Below are positions 1 to 8,842 of a DNA stretch of 64,000 bases, one piece after another. The position numbers were made by a program, and so were the translations under genes. The stretch is from Gemmatimonadales bacterium (GTDB lineage Bacteria > Gemmatimonadota > Gemmatimonadetes > Gemmatimonadales > GWC2-71-9). The number at the start of each line of letters is the position of its first letter. The stretch's first letter is position 1. The stretch covers positions 1 through 64,000 of the forward strand of contig JBFJHJ010000002.1 in NCBI GenBank assembly GCA_041613315.1. Reading direction: 5' to 3'. Below the pieces are notes generated by a model. It was not told the DNA's origin. It did no database searches and saw nothing but the letters and a program-made list of their open reading frames with translations.

Positions 1-91
1 CTCGGTTGTTGCGCCGGAGACCGACGGCGGCATCGGTGTGACACAAGCTCCAACGCGGGCCGCCGCGCCCCCATTCCCCAGGAGGTGGGTC

Positions 92-594
92 ATGGGACTG
101 CTCGCATCGCTGGCAGTGGGATTGGGCCTTGTCGTGAGCACAGCTGCGGCCGCATCGGCACAGGTCCAGCCCGGCGGCGTCACGCTTGCCATCGTCGGCG
201 GCGTGTACACCTTCAACGAGTTCCAGGGAGACACGGATGTCCTTGTCGGGATTCGGGTCGGTCGCAACGCCAGCGAGCGGTTCGGCTTCGAGTTCTCGCT
301 CGACATGATCCCCACCGGGGAGGGCACGACGGTGCTGGGGTATCACGCCAATGCGGTGTTCTATCTCGCACGGGGCGCGCGGGCCGCGCCGTTCGCAACG
401 GTCGGGCTCGGCGGCGTCACGTTCACCGTGACTTCCCCGAGACGCGGGTCGCCGCGGTCGCCGGACTCGGCCTCAAGGCGTTTGCCACCGACCGATGGGG
501 TATCAGGGTCGAGGCGCGAAACCGGATCTACGAGATCTTCGACGACGTGATCAACGACTTCCACTTGACCGCCGGGGTGGACGTGCAATTCTAG
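92..594 (+). pseudogene. Outer-membrane beta-barrel (OmpA/porin-like) protein, frameshifted near 425-430
   Basis: GGAGG RBS at 81-85 and ATG at 92. Signal peptide (AAASAQ) and amphipathic strands lie in the frame of ORF 38..550. The barrel continues in the frame of ORF 85..594 (AGLGLKAF..WGIRVEAR..GVDVQF) and ends in the typical C-terminal Phe. Confidence 0.7.
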
Positions 595-692
595 CGCCGT
601 CGCCTTGCCCACGCCGGCCGGCGCCTCCACCTTATGCGCCGTGAAAAGGAGGGGTGGCCGGGCGCACATGTGGCACGAACCAGGAGGAGAGA

Positions 693-1253
693 ATGGTCCC
701 GCTGCTTTCGCTGTGGCTGCCGATCCTGCTATCGGCCGTAATCGTGTTCGTGGTCAGCTCCATCGTTCACACGGTGCTCACCTACCACCGCTCCGACTTC
801 CGTCCGGTCCCGTCCGAGGACCAGGTGATGGAGGCGCTCCGCCGATTCAACATCCCTCCCGGCGACTACGTGATTCCCTGTGCGGCTGGGCAGCAGGAGA
901 TGAAATCACCCGCGTTCATCGAGAAGGTGACCAAAGGGCCGGTCGCCTTCATGACCGTCATGGAGAGCGGTCCGCCGTCCATGGGAAAGAGCCTCGTGCA
1001 GTGGTTTCTGTACTGCGTGATCGTCAGCGTGTTCGCCGCCTACGTCGCGGGCCGCGCGCTCGCCCCGGATGCCGCCTACCTGGAGATCTTTCGTTTTGCG
1101 GGCGCCACCGCGTTCGCGGGCTACGGTCTCGCGCTGTTGCAGAACTCGATCTGGTACAAGCGCGCATGGAGCGCGACACTCAAATCCACCTTCGACGGCC
1201 TGGTGTACGGACTGCTGACCGCCGGCACGTTCGGGTGGCTGTGGCCGTCCTGA
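693..1253 (+). CDS. Hypothetical multi-pass membrane protein
   Basis: AGGAGG RBS, ATG at 693, four hydrophobic segments, GC3-rich codon usage. Confidence 0.8.
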   Translation: MVPLLSLWLPILLSAVIVFVVSSIVHTVLTYHRSDFRPVPSEDQVMEALRRFNIPPGDYVIPCAAGQQEMKSPAFIEKVTKGPVAFMTVMESGPPSMGKSLVQWFLYCVIVSVFAAYVAGRALAPDAAYLEIFRFAGATAFAGYGLALLQNSIWYKRAWSATLKSTFDGLVYGLLTAGTFGWLWPS

Positions 1254-1277
1254 CGGCGCTTGCGTACAGGAGGACCA

Positions 1278-1685
1278 ATGGCAACGCAGCACCGGGATCA
1301 GCGGCCGAATATCTTTCCCGCGCTCCGCTACGAGGACGCGCCGGCTGCCATAGAGTGGCTCGGCAACGCGTTCGGCTTCGAGCAGCAGATGGTGGTCCCG
1401 GGACCTGACGGGACCATCGCGCACGCGCAGCTGCGATTCGAATCCGGCGTCATCATGCTGGGATCGGCCGACCACTCGCCGCGGACGACGAACCCGTGGG
1501 CGACCGTGAAGCAGGGGGTGTACGTCTACGTCGCGGATGTGGATGCCCACTACGAGCGGGCGAAAGCCGCCGGCGCGGAGATCGTGCGTGAGCTCCAAGC
1601 GACCGAGTACGGCTCGCGCGAGTACTCGGCCCGGGATACCGGGGGACATTTGTGGAGCTTCGGAACCTATCGTCCCGAAACATGA
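1278..1685 (+). CDS. VOC/glyoxalase-bleomycin resistance family protein
   Basis: AGGAGG RBS; motifs AIEWL..AFGF, HAQLRF, YGSREYSARD.GGHLWSFGTY. Confidence 0.9.
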   Translation: MATQHRDQRPNIFPALRYEDAPAAIEWLGNAFGFEQQMVVPGPDGTIAHAQLRFESGVIMLGSADHSPRTTNPWATVKQGVYVYVADVDAHYERAKAAGAEIVRELQATEYGSREYSARDTGGHLWSFGTYRPET

Positions 1686-1760
1686 GGACGGCTCACCCGC
1701 CCTGCCCCAGATGGTGGCGCCCGGGCGCGTGCTGACGACGCTGACTGGAGCCGCCGACTG

Positions 1761-2462
1761 ATGGACGCGCCGGCATCTGCGGACATCGATGCGCGCCTGC
1801 GGTACCATGTGTACGAGACGACGCTCCAACGCGGCTCGCCACCGTCGGTGGCCGAGCTGCGCCATGCCACCGGACTGTCGATCGAGGTGGTGCGGGCCGG
1901 CCTGGCACGGCTGGCCGCCGGGCGTGTCCTCGTTCTACAGCCGCAGAGCGGCGAGATCTTGATGGCCAATCCGTTCTCCGCCGTCCCGACCGCGTTCGTG
2001 GTCGAAACGCCGTCCTACGCGACGTTCGGCAACTGTATCTGGGACGCCCTGGGCATCCTCGCCATGCTACGCGCGCCCGGCCGGATACGCACTGCCTGCG
2101 GCTGCTGCGGGGAGGCGATGGACGTGGTCGTGACGAACGGCGAGCTGGCGGCCGCGGCCGGCGTCGTTCATTTCGCCGTTCCGGCCAGCCGGTGGTGGGA
2201 GGACATCGTCTTTACCTGAAAGACGATGCTGCTCTTCCGGTCGGAAGCACACGTCGAGCGATGGGTGCGGCAGTGGCAGCTGCCTCGAGGAGCGGTCCTG
2301 TCCCCTCAGCAGGCCTGGCGGCTGGCGGAGGCGTGGTACGGACCCGACCGGCGGCCCGCCGAGTGGCGGCGCCGCACCGTGGACGAGACCGAGGCCGTCC
2401 TTGCGGAGCTCGGCCTCACGGGACCGTATTGGAGCTTGCGCCGTTCGCCCGGCGACTCGTGA
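1761..2462 (+). CDS. MerB-like (alkylmercury/organometallic lyase family) putative selenoprotein, Sec at TGA 2217-2219
   Basis: ORFs 1761..2219 and 2226..2462 are in the same frame, joined by TGA-AAG-ACG. N-terminal HTH, NCIWDALG (MerB Cys/Asp motif), then WWEDIVFT-U-KTMLLFRSEAHVERW matching the MerB second-Cys region. Hairpin immediately downstream. Confidence 0.8.
2228..2250 (+). promoter_or_regulatory. Candidate bacterial SECIS element of the MerB-like gene
   Basis: Stem CTTCC (2234-2238) / GGAAG (2243-2247) with a GGTC loop whose first G is 20 nt after the TGA. Confidence 0.65.
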
Positions 2463-2511
2463 GCGTGCGGGGCCGAGTGCGCATTCGGCGGACGCCGGGC
2501 CGACCGAGCCG

Positions 2512-3045
2512 ATGCCCGTGATTCTCGAAACGCCGCGCCTGGTCCTCCGGGAGCTGAACGGTGCGGACCTGGATTTCGTGGCCGATATGCTGGCGGACCC
2601 AGATGTCATGCGGTTCTCCCCGGCGCCGTATACGCGTGCCGAGGCCGGCCGCTGGATCGAGCGCCAACAAGCGCGGTACGCACGCGACGGCCAGGGGCTC
2701 TGGCTCGCCGCCGCGCGGTCAAACGGCGAACCGCACGGCACGGTCGGCCTGTTGTGGCAGGACGTCAACGGGGCGCGGGAGCCGGAGGTCGCCTACGTGT
2801 TGCACCGGCCGTATTGGGGAGAGGGTCTGGCCACCGAGGCGGCGCGCGCGACGCGTGACTATGCGTTCGCCACGCTGGAGGTGCCGCGCGTGGTCTCACT
2901 CGTGCGCCCGGACAACCCGTCCGCCCAGGCGGTCGCGCGCAAGCTGGAAATGACCATCGTCGGCCGGGCGCCGCACGATGGCGTCGAACATCTGGTTTTC
3001 GCCGTGCGCGCGCTTCGCAGGGGGCCACCGGCCCATGCCGGCTAG
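2512..3045 (+). CDS. GNAT N-acetyltransferase, RimJ/RimL type
   Basis: ILETPRLVLRE, EVAYVL..YWGEGLATEAA, N..AQAVARKLEM. Confidence 0.9.
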   Translation: MPVILETPRLVLRELNGADLDFVADMLADPDVMRFSPAPYTRAEAGRWIERQQARYARDGQGLWLAAARSNGEPHGTVGLLWQDVNGAREPEVAYVLHRPYWGEGLATEAARATRDYAFATLEVPRVVSLVRPDNPSAQAVARKLEMTIVGRAPHDGVEHLVFAVRALRRGPPAHAG

Positions 3046-3457
3046 CGTGCTCCGGATCGCCCGTTGGATCCTCGTGCTGCCGCTCGCCGCAAGCGCGGTC
3101 CCGCTCATCGACGGCGCGGTGGTTGCGGGCCTCGGGGTTACGGGCGTGGCGGACCAAAGCCTGCCCTGGCTCCTGGGCAAGGTGGTCGGCCACGGGTTGA
3201 TGGGAGCGGCCGCCGTCACCATCGGTGCGTGGATCGCCCCAGGATACCAGCCTGCCGTCGCGCTCGTGCTGCTGGGGATGGTCGCAATGACCGCGATGAT
3301 CTCGACGCTCTCGGGCGCGCTCCCGTTGCCCATGATTCTCCCGCTCGCCATTGCGTTCGTCAGCGGCGCCGCCGTCGTGGCTGCGCTCGTGCTTCGCCGC
3401 CACCGGGATCGCACCGACCCGCGATTGCACTCTCTTCCCGAGCACACTATTCATTAG
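3035..3457 (+). CDS. Hypothetical membrane protein
   Basis: About four hydrophobic helices; start overlaps the end of the upstream gene. Confidence 0.55.
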   Translation: MPASVLRIARWILVLPLAASAVPLIDGAVVAGLGVTGVADQSLPWLLGKVVGHGLMGAAAVTIGAWIAPGYQPAVALVLLGMVAMTAMISTLSGALPLPMILPLAIAFVSGAAVVAALVLRRHRDRTDPRLHSLPEHTIH

Positions 3458-3512
3458 AGGCAACGCCGTTATCGATCCACACCATCTGTGGGGACGCACC
3501 GCAGGAGCGCCC

Positions 3513-3686
3513 ATGTCGAAAAGTGACGACCGCAAGCTGGCCGCCCTCGTGAAGAAGAACGCGGCGAAGGCCGCCAAGGCCAAGACAAAGGGTCGGCGTC
3601 GCTACGACGACACCCTGCCGCCGGAGCGCGAGCAGGACCCGGATTTGCGCCACTTCTTCTCCGAAATGAAGAAGCGCGAGTTCTGA
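3513..3686 (+). CDS. Small basic hypothetical protein (57 aa)
   Basis: AGGAG RBS, ATG at 3513, coding-like codon usage (MSKSDDRKLAALVKKNAAK...). Confidence 0.7.
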   Translation: MSKSDDRKLAALVKKNAAKAAKAKTKGRRRYDDTLPPEREQDPDLRHFFSEMKKREF

Positions 3687-3762
3687 TCGGGCGCGGTCCC
3701 GCGTCCTCCCGCTCGGGCCGCGCCCATCCCTGTCTGCCATCGAACGTCGGCGACGCGCGATC

Positions 3763-4974
3763 ATGTCGCATGACGGCCTTTCACTGAGCGAGGCGCGCCG
3801 CGTCGCGCTGGCCGCCCAGGGCTTCGACCGCCCGCGACCGCGGGCTCGGGTGGACGCCCGCCTGCTCCGCCGCACCATCCAGCAGCTCGGGCTGCTGCAA
3901 CTCGACTACGTCAATGTCCTGGTGCCAGCGCACTATCAGGTGCCGTTCTCACGGCTCGGTCCGTACGAGCGGTCGCGACTCGACGACCTCGTGTACCGGC
4001 GGCGGGCGTTCACGGAGCAGTGGGCGCACGAGGCGTCCATCGTTCCGGTCGCGAATTGGCCGCTGCTTCGCCACCGGATGGCCACGCACCGGGTCCGGCC
4101 GTGGGGCTTCGAGAGGTTCCTGACCCGGCATCGTGAGTACGTCGCGTGGGTGTTGCAAGAGGTTCGCGCGCGCGGTCCCGTGACGGCCGATGACTTGCCT
4201 GACCCGGATGGCGCGCCCCGCCGCATGTCCGACAAATGGGGGTGGGGGCTGGCGGTCAAGCGCCAGGTGCTGGAGGCGCATTTCGGGTTTGGGCGGCTCG
4301 CGGTGGCTGGGCGGCTACCCAATTTCGCGCGGGTGTACGACCTCGCGGAGCGCGTCGTGCCGGCGGCGCACTACCGCCGCGTGGTGCACCCCGAGGACGC
4401 CCAGCGCGCGCTGCTGCTGCTCGCGGCGCGCGCACATGGTGTCGGCACCGCTGCCGACCTGGCGGACTACTACCGGATGCCACTCCGGCAAGCGCGCCCG
4501 CGGCTGGGGGAGCTCGTCGAGAATGGCGAGTTGCGCCAGGTGCGAGTCGAGCGCTGGCGCGAGCCGGCGTATCTCCACACCAAAGCGCGGCTCCCGAAGC
4601 AAATCGACGCCGCAGCGCTGCTGTCGCCGTTCGACCCCGTGGTCTGGTTCCGGCCGCGCGCCGCGCGCCTCTTCGACTTCGACTACCGGATCGAGATCTT
4701 CGTTCCGGCGCCCAAGCGGAAATGGGGGTACTACGTGCTGCCCTTCCTGCTGGGGGACCGTCTCGTGGCTCGCGTCGATCTCAAGGCCGATCGCAAGACG
4801 CGCTGTCTGCGGGTGCCCGCCGCTTACGTCGAGCGGAGGGCCGACGCCGACGTGGTCGCTCCTGCGCTGGCGGCGGAGCTGCAGACGATGGCACCATGGC
4901 TGGGGCTCGAGTCCGTTTCGGTCGGTCGTCGCGGTGATTTGGCCCGTCGGCTCGCCGCCGCGGTCCGTGGTTGA
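3763..4974 (+). CDS. ycaQ: YcaQ/AlkZ-family winged-helix DNA crosslink-repair glycosylase
   Basis: ARRVALAAQG, LQLDYVN (QxD motif), WAHEAS, LLSPFDPVVW, FDYRIEIFVP..KRKWGYYVLPFL. Confidence 0.88.
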   Translation: MSHDGLSLSEARRVALAAQGFDRPRPRARVDARLLRRTIQQLGLLQLDYVNVLVPAHYQVPFSRLGPYERSRLDDLVYRRRAFTEQWAHEASIVPVANWPLLRHRMATHRVRPWGFERFLTRHREYVAWVLQEVRARGPVTADDLPDPDGAPRRMSDKWGWGLAVKRQVLEAHFGFGRLAVAGRLPNFARVYDLAERVVPAAHYRRVVHPEDAQRALLLLAARAHGVGTAADLADYYRMPLRQARPRLGELVENGELRQVRVERWREPAYLHTKARLPKQIDAAALLSPFDPVVWFRPRAARLFDFDYRIEIFVPAPKRKWGYYVLPFLLGDRLVARVDLKADRKTRCLRVPAAYVERRADADVVAPALAAELQTMAPWLGLESVSVGRRGDLARRLAAAVRG

Positions 4975-5097
4975 CGGGACGAGGTGTACGGGATTTACAA
5001 CTTCAACTGGGGGTACTATCTCAACAGCCTGAAGCTGCTTCGCGAGCGCGGGAAGGGGACGCCGTTCAACCCCCCCCCGCTAGCCACAACCGCGTAG
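4975..5097 (+). pseudogene. C-terminal remnant of an SRPBCC/AHSA1-like gene
   Basis: Reads DEVYGIYNFNWGYYLNSLKLLRERGKGTPF, resembling the W..YL.SLK...E.GKG.P tail of START/AHSA1 proteins. No start codon with RBS and no upstream domain. Confidence 0.55.
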
Positions 5098-5133
5098 GTC
5101 GCTAGAGGGCCGAAGCAGCGCGGCTCGACCCAT

Positions 5134-5529
5134 ATGGAGTATCTCTGCACCGTTTGCTGCAAGCGTAAGCGCCGCGACGAGGGACCCATGCCGGCGCTGG
5201 AGCGTTACCTGAGCCGGCGCATTCGGTTGGTCGCGGACCAGAGCCGGGTGCAGCGCAGGCCCCTGCTCATCCTGTCGGGTCGGTACGGATTGCTGGACGC
5301 CACGACGCCGATTCTCTGGTACGACGAAGTCCTTCGCCGAGACACCGTGGACAACCTGATCCCGCTGCTCGTGCAACAACTGATCGCGCTGGACGTGACG
5401 TCACTCGTGTTCTACGCCAGGCCGCGCACCACGCCGGGCTGGGGTCCGTATCACGCGGTGCTGGAGCGCGCGTGCGCCCGGCGGCGGATCCCGTTGCGCC
5501 TGGAACCACTGGGTCCCGAGTTCCTATGA
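5134..5529 (+). CDS. DUF6884-like protein
   Basis: C..K..PA..RY, LILSGRYGLL..PI.WYD pattern. Confidence 0.6.
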   Translation: MEYLCTVCCKRKRRDEGPMPALERYLSRRIRLVADQSRVQRRPLLILSGRYGLLDATTPILWYDEVLRRDTVDNLIPLLVQQLIALDVTSLVFYARPRTTPGWGPYHAVLERACARRRIPLRLEPLGPEFL

Positions 5530-6347
5530 CGCCACGCGCCAGACCCGGTGCGCGGGCCCGCGCTTCGGCCCGCCGCATCCAGCTCGTGCACGGGAACGCC
5601 GAAGAGGCACGTCGCCGGGCACAGGCGCTGGTGCGGGGCGGATACCGGGTCAGCTGCGACGCGCTCACCCCCGCGACCCTGCAATGGCTCAAACGTACCC
5701 CACCGGCCGCGGTGGTGATTGATCTGTCGCGCGCGCCGGCCCGGGGGCGGGACCTCGGGCTCTGGCTCCGTACACAGGCGACCACCCGCCGGGTGCCGCT
5801 GGTGTTCGTCGGCGGAGGGCCGGACACCGTTCGGCGTGCGCGGGAACTGCTTCCGGACGCGGCGTACACGACGTGGGGGCGGGTGCGGGGCACGGTGCGC
5901 GCGGCGGTCACCCACCCTCCGCACGATCCCGTCGTGCCGCGCTCGGTGTTCGCCGGCTACGCGCGTACGCCGCTCATCGCCAAACTAGGCATCACCCCGC
6001 GGTCCGTCGTAGCGCTGATCAACGCCCCGCCGGAGTTCGACCGGACGCTGGGCGAGCTTCCTGCCGGCGTCACGATCCGACGCGTGGCGCGGGGGCGTCC
6101 GGACCTGATCATCTGGTTCACCAAGACCAAGAAGGACCTCGACCGGCGCATCGCGCGGATGGCGACGCTCGTCGGTCGCGGCGGCCTCTGGATCGTATGG
6201 CCGAAGAAGGCCTCCGAACTCACGAGCGACCTGGCGCAGCCCACGGTCCGCGCCGTCGGAATGGCCGTCGGTCTGGTGGATTACAAAGTGTGTGCGATCG
6301 ACGCCGTGTGGACCGGGCTCCGCTTCTCGCGCCGCAAGCGCCGATAG
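5526..6347 (+). CDS. Degenerate receiver-like domain fused to a DUF3052-like domain
   Basis: ATGA overlap with upstream gene. N-half has PPAAVVIDLS..RRVPLVFVGG; C-half has GYARTPLIAKLGI..LWIVWPKKAS..GLVDYKVCAID..WTGLRF. Confidence 0.7.
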   Translation: MTPRARPGARARASARRIQLVHGNAEEARRRAQALVRGGYRVSCDALTPATLQWLKRTPPAAVVIDLSRAPARGRDLGLWLRTQATTRRVPLVFVGGGPDTVRRARELLPDAAYTTWGRVRGTVRAAVTHPPHDPVVPRSVFAGYARTPLIAKLGITPRSVVALINAPPEFDRTLGELPAGVTIRRVARGRPDLIIWFTKTKKDLDRRIARMATLVGRGGLWIVWPKKASELTSDLAQPTVRAVGMAVGLVDYKVCAIDAVWTGLRFSRRKRR

Positions 6348-6360
6348 CGGGAGCGGACTC

Positions 6361-6879
6361 ATGCTCCTGCTCAAGAACCTCCTGTTCACGATCGTCGTGC
6401 CCGGCACCGTCACCGTGCTGGTGCCGCACTGGATCCTGCTACGCAGCTCGCAGGTGATGCCGGACGCGTGGGGTACCCCGCAGTCCCTCGCCGTGCCCCC
6501 GCTCGTGCTCGGCGTGGCGACCTACGGGTGGTGTCTTTGGGATTTCGCGACCGTCGGACGCGGAACGCCGGCGCCGTTCGACCCGCCCCGGGTCTTCGTC
6601 GTCCGGGGTCTGTACCGGTACGTGCGCAACCCGATGTATCTCGGAGTCGTCACGATCCTCCTCGGAGAAGCGGCGTTCTTCGAATCCCGGCAACTCCTGG
6701 CGTACGCCGCTGCGGTGTTCGTGGTCTTCCATCTCGTGGTGGTGGTGTATGAGGAGGCGGCCCTTCGCCGCCGGTTCGGTCACCGCTACGAGCGCTACCG
6801 GAGAGCCGTGCGCCGCTGGCTTCCGGGGACAGGTTGCGAAGAGCGCATGGGTGCCCCACCCGGCGGCCCGACTGCGTGA
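6361..6879 (+). CDS. Isoprenylcysteine carboxyl methyltransferase (ICMT/PEMT) family membrane protein
   Basis: GRGTPAPFDPP, GLYRYVRNPMYLG, EE..LRRRFG..Y..Y...VRRW. Confidence 0.9.
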   Translation: MLLLKNLLFTIVVPGTVTVLVPHWILLRSSQVMPDAWGTPQSLAVPPLVLGVATYGWCLWDFATVGRGTPAPFDPPRVFVVRGLYRYVRNPMYLGVVTILLGEAAFFESRQLLAYAAAVFVVFHLVVVVYEEAALRRRFGHRYERYRRAVRRWLPGTGCEERMGAPPGGPTA

Positions 6880-7235
6880 CGCCCCGCGGTTCGGGCTCCT
6901 ATGACCGCATCTACGCGGTGGTGCGCCAGATCCCCGAGGGGCGGGTGGCGACCTACGGGCAGGTCGCCGCATTGGCGGGGCTTCCCGGGCACGCCCGGCA
7001 GGTCGGCTACGCGCTAAGCGCGCTGTCCGCCGACGGCACCGTCCCGTGGCACCGGGTTATCAACGCGGAGGGCCGCGTCAGCCCACGCTCTGAGCCCGGG
7101 TACGACGGCTACCAACGGCACCTCCTCCAAGGGGAAGGTGTCCGGTTCGATCGCCACGGGCGCGTGTCGCTGTCCGAGTTTCGGTGGAGGCCCGAGGAGC
7201 GGAGCGGCGAGCGCCTATGGGGACGGGGATCCTGA
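6876..7235 (+). CDS. Alkyltransferase-like (ATL/YbaZ-type) O6-alkylguanine-binding protein
   Basis: IPEGRVATYGQVA, ARQVGYAL, PWHRV (Trp replaces the catalytic Cys of MGMT PCHRV); GTGA overlap. Confidence 0.9.
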   Translation: MTPRGSGSYDRIYAVVRQIPEGRVATYGQVAALAGLPGHARQVGYALSALSADGTVPWHRVINAEGRVSPRSEPGYDGYQRHLLQGEGVRFDRHGRVSLSEFRWRPEERSGERLWGRGS

Positions 7236-7304
7236 CACGGTATCGGGGGAGGCGTCGTGCCCACGTTCCGGTTTGCGCGTTGAGCGCCAAGAGGAGACAC
7301 GATG

Positions 7305-7480
7305 TCGGGTCAGGTGTGAGTGCGGTGCGTCGAAGAGGGTGCCGAACCCAATGGCCGAGGAAGAAACGCACGCCTACATTACGAACCTGTACGTGCGGCC
7401 GACGGCGCGGGGCGCGAAAGCCCGCACGTGACCTCCGGCACGGCCTTGGCACGCCTGCCGAGCTGCTGGAGTTGGCCGAC
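7305..7480 (+). pseudogene. Eroded GNAT acetyltransferase remnant
   Basis: GQV*VRCVE (TGA 7317-7319), then a frameshift to VPNPMAEEETHAYITNLYVRPTARG, then RHGLGTPAELLEL in a further frame. Confidence 0.55.
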
Positions 7481-7511
7481 GTGTTGGCGAACTACCCCCG
7501 GAACCGTAGCG

Positions 7512-7982
7512 ATGCACGGACCTGCCACGGGAGGACCGAAGCCGGTGACATTCGCTCGTCAGGCGGGGTGGACGGCAGTGGCTGGGCTCGTGGCGGGCAT
7601 CGTGGTGCTCGGGATCGGCGGGCGCGTGGCGATGCGCGTCATCGCTCTGGCAGGGGGGCTACCACCGCAGTTTGATGTCGCCGCGACGTTGGAGGTGCTG
7701 GCCGCCGGGGCGTGGCGCGGCGTCGTCGGGGCGGCCATCTACGTGGCCCTCGCGCGGTTCCTCGGTCCGCCGCGCGTGTGGACCGGCGCCGCCACGGGGC
7801 TCGTCCTCTTCGCATTCGCCATCGCCACGCTGCGCGCGTCCATCCACGAGCAGATCGCCGCGCTGGACGTCGGGACCCTCGCCGGCGGCCTGTTCGGCGC
7901 CGTGTTCCTCGCATACGGCATAACCGTCCACTACGCTGCGGCGCGGCTCACTCGCCATACACCACCACCGGCCGACCTGTGA
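7512..7982 (+). CDS. Hypothetical membrane protein
   Basis: Four hydrophobic segments; GTGA overlap with the next gene; start uncertain (7512 or a GTG near 7545). Confidence 0.7.
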   Translation: MHGPATGGPKPVTFARQAGWTAVAGLVAGIVVLGIGGRVAMRVIALAGGLPPQFDVAATLEVLAAGAWRGVVGAAIYVALARFLGPPRVWTGAATGLVLFAFAIATLRASIHEQIAALDVGTLAGGLFGAVFLAYGITVHYAAARLTRHTPPPADL

Positions 7983-8503
7983 CCTTCGACGCCATCGATT
8001 GGGAACGCTGGACGCCGAACGAAGAGGCGACGCTCCTCTTCGTCGTGCGGGACGACCGCATCCTCCTCATTCACAAGAAGCGCGGTCTCGGTTCCGGAAA
8101 GGTCAACGGGCCGGGAGGACGCCTCACGGACGGCGAGCCGGCGGCGGACGGCGCCGTGAGAGAGTTCCGCGAGGAGCTGCGAGCCACGCCGTCCGGCGTC
8201 GAGAAGCGGGGCGAGGTGCTGTTTCAGATGACCGACGGCACGGCCATCCGAATCCACGTGTTCCTCGCGACGGGCCTCGAGGGCGAGCCGCAGGAGACGG
8301 AAGAAGCGGCGCCGTTCTGGGCCGCCGTAGACGCGATCCCCTACGACCGCATGTGGGCCGACGACCGGCATTGGATGCCGGCGATGCTGGCGGGGCGCCG
8401 ATTCGCGCTGCGCTCGCTCTTCGACGGCGAGATGCTACTCGGCCACCAGCTCTTGACTGACGGCGACGGACAACGCCCGCGCTGCGTGGGAGACGAGTCA
8501 TGA
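7979..8503 (+). CDS. NUDIX hydrolase, 8-oxo-dGTP diphosphatase (MTH1-like)
   Basis: LLIHKKRGLG.GKVNGPGG..GE..AVREFREE, IPYDRMWADD..W. Confidence 0.88.
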   Translation: MTFDAIDWERWTPNEEATLLFVVRDDRILLIHKKRGLGSGKVNGPGGRLTDGEPAADGAVREFREELRATPSGVEKRGEVLFQMTDGTAIRIHVFLATGLEGEPQETEEAAPFWAAVDAIPYDRMWADDRHWMPAMLAGRRFALRSLFDGEMLLGHQLLTDGDGQRPRCVGDES

Positions 8504-8841
8504 CAGACACCGGATCGGCGCCCGCAGGCTTCAACGGCCTGGTGGCGGGCCTTGCCACAACCGCCGCGGCCACGCTCAGCCACGTGGAGGAGCAGCTCGC
8601 GCCCGCTGAGGGGGCGAAGGCGGACAGCGACGGCCCGAGCGACGCCGACACTCGCGAGAAGCTCCAGCGCGGCCTCGCCAACGCAAAACATCTGATCGAC
8701 ACCCTGGCCATGCTCGAGCAGAAGACGAGTGGGAATCTCACGCCCGAGGAACGGAAGTTCCTGCAAGCCGCCCTCACGCAACTCCGTATCACGTTCGTGC
8801 ATCTGAACGACCGGTTACGGGCAGGTGGCAGCAAGAGTTGA
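8500..8841 (+). CDS. DUF1844-family protein
   Basis: AKHLIDTLAMLEQKTSGNLTPEERKFL..L..LR..FV. Confidence 0.85.
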   Translation: MTDTGSAPAGFNGLVAGLATTAAATLSHVEEQLAPAEGAKADSDGPSDADTREKLQRGLANAKHLIDTLAMLEQKTSGNLTPEERKFLQAALTQLRITFVHLNDRLRAGGSKS

Positions 8842-8842
8842 G

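Noticed and set aside
2226..2462. Independent 78-aa gene
   Set aside because: No RBS; better explained as the post-UGA half of the MerB-like protein.
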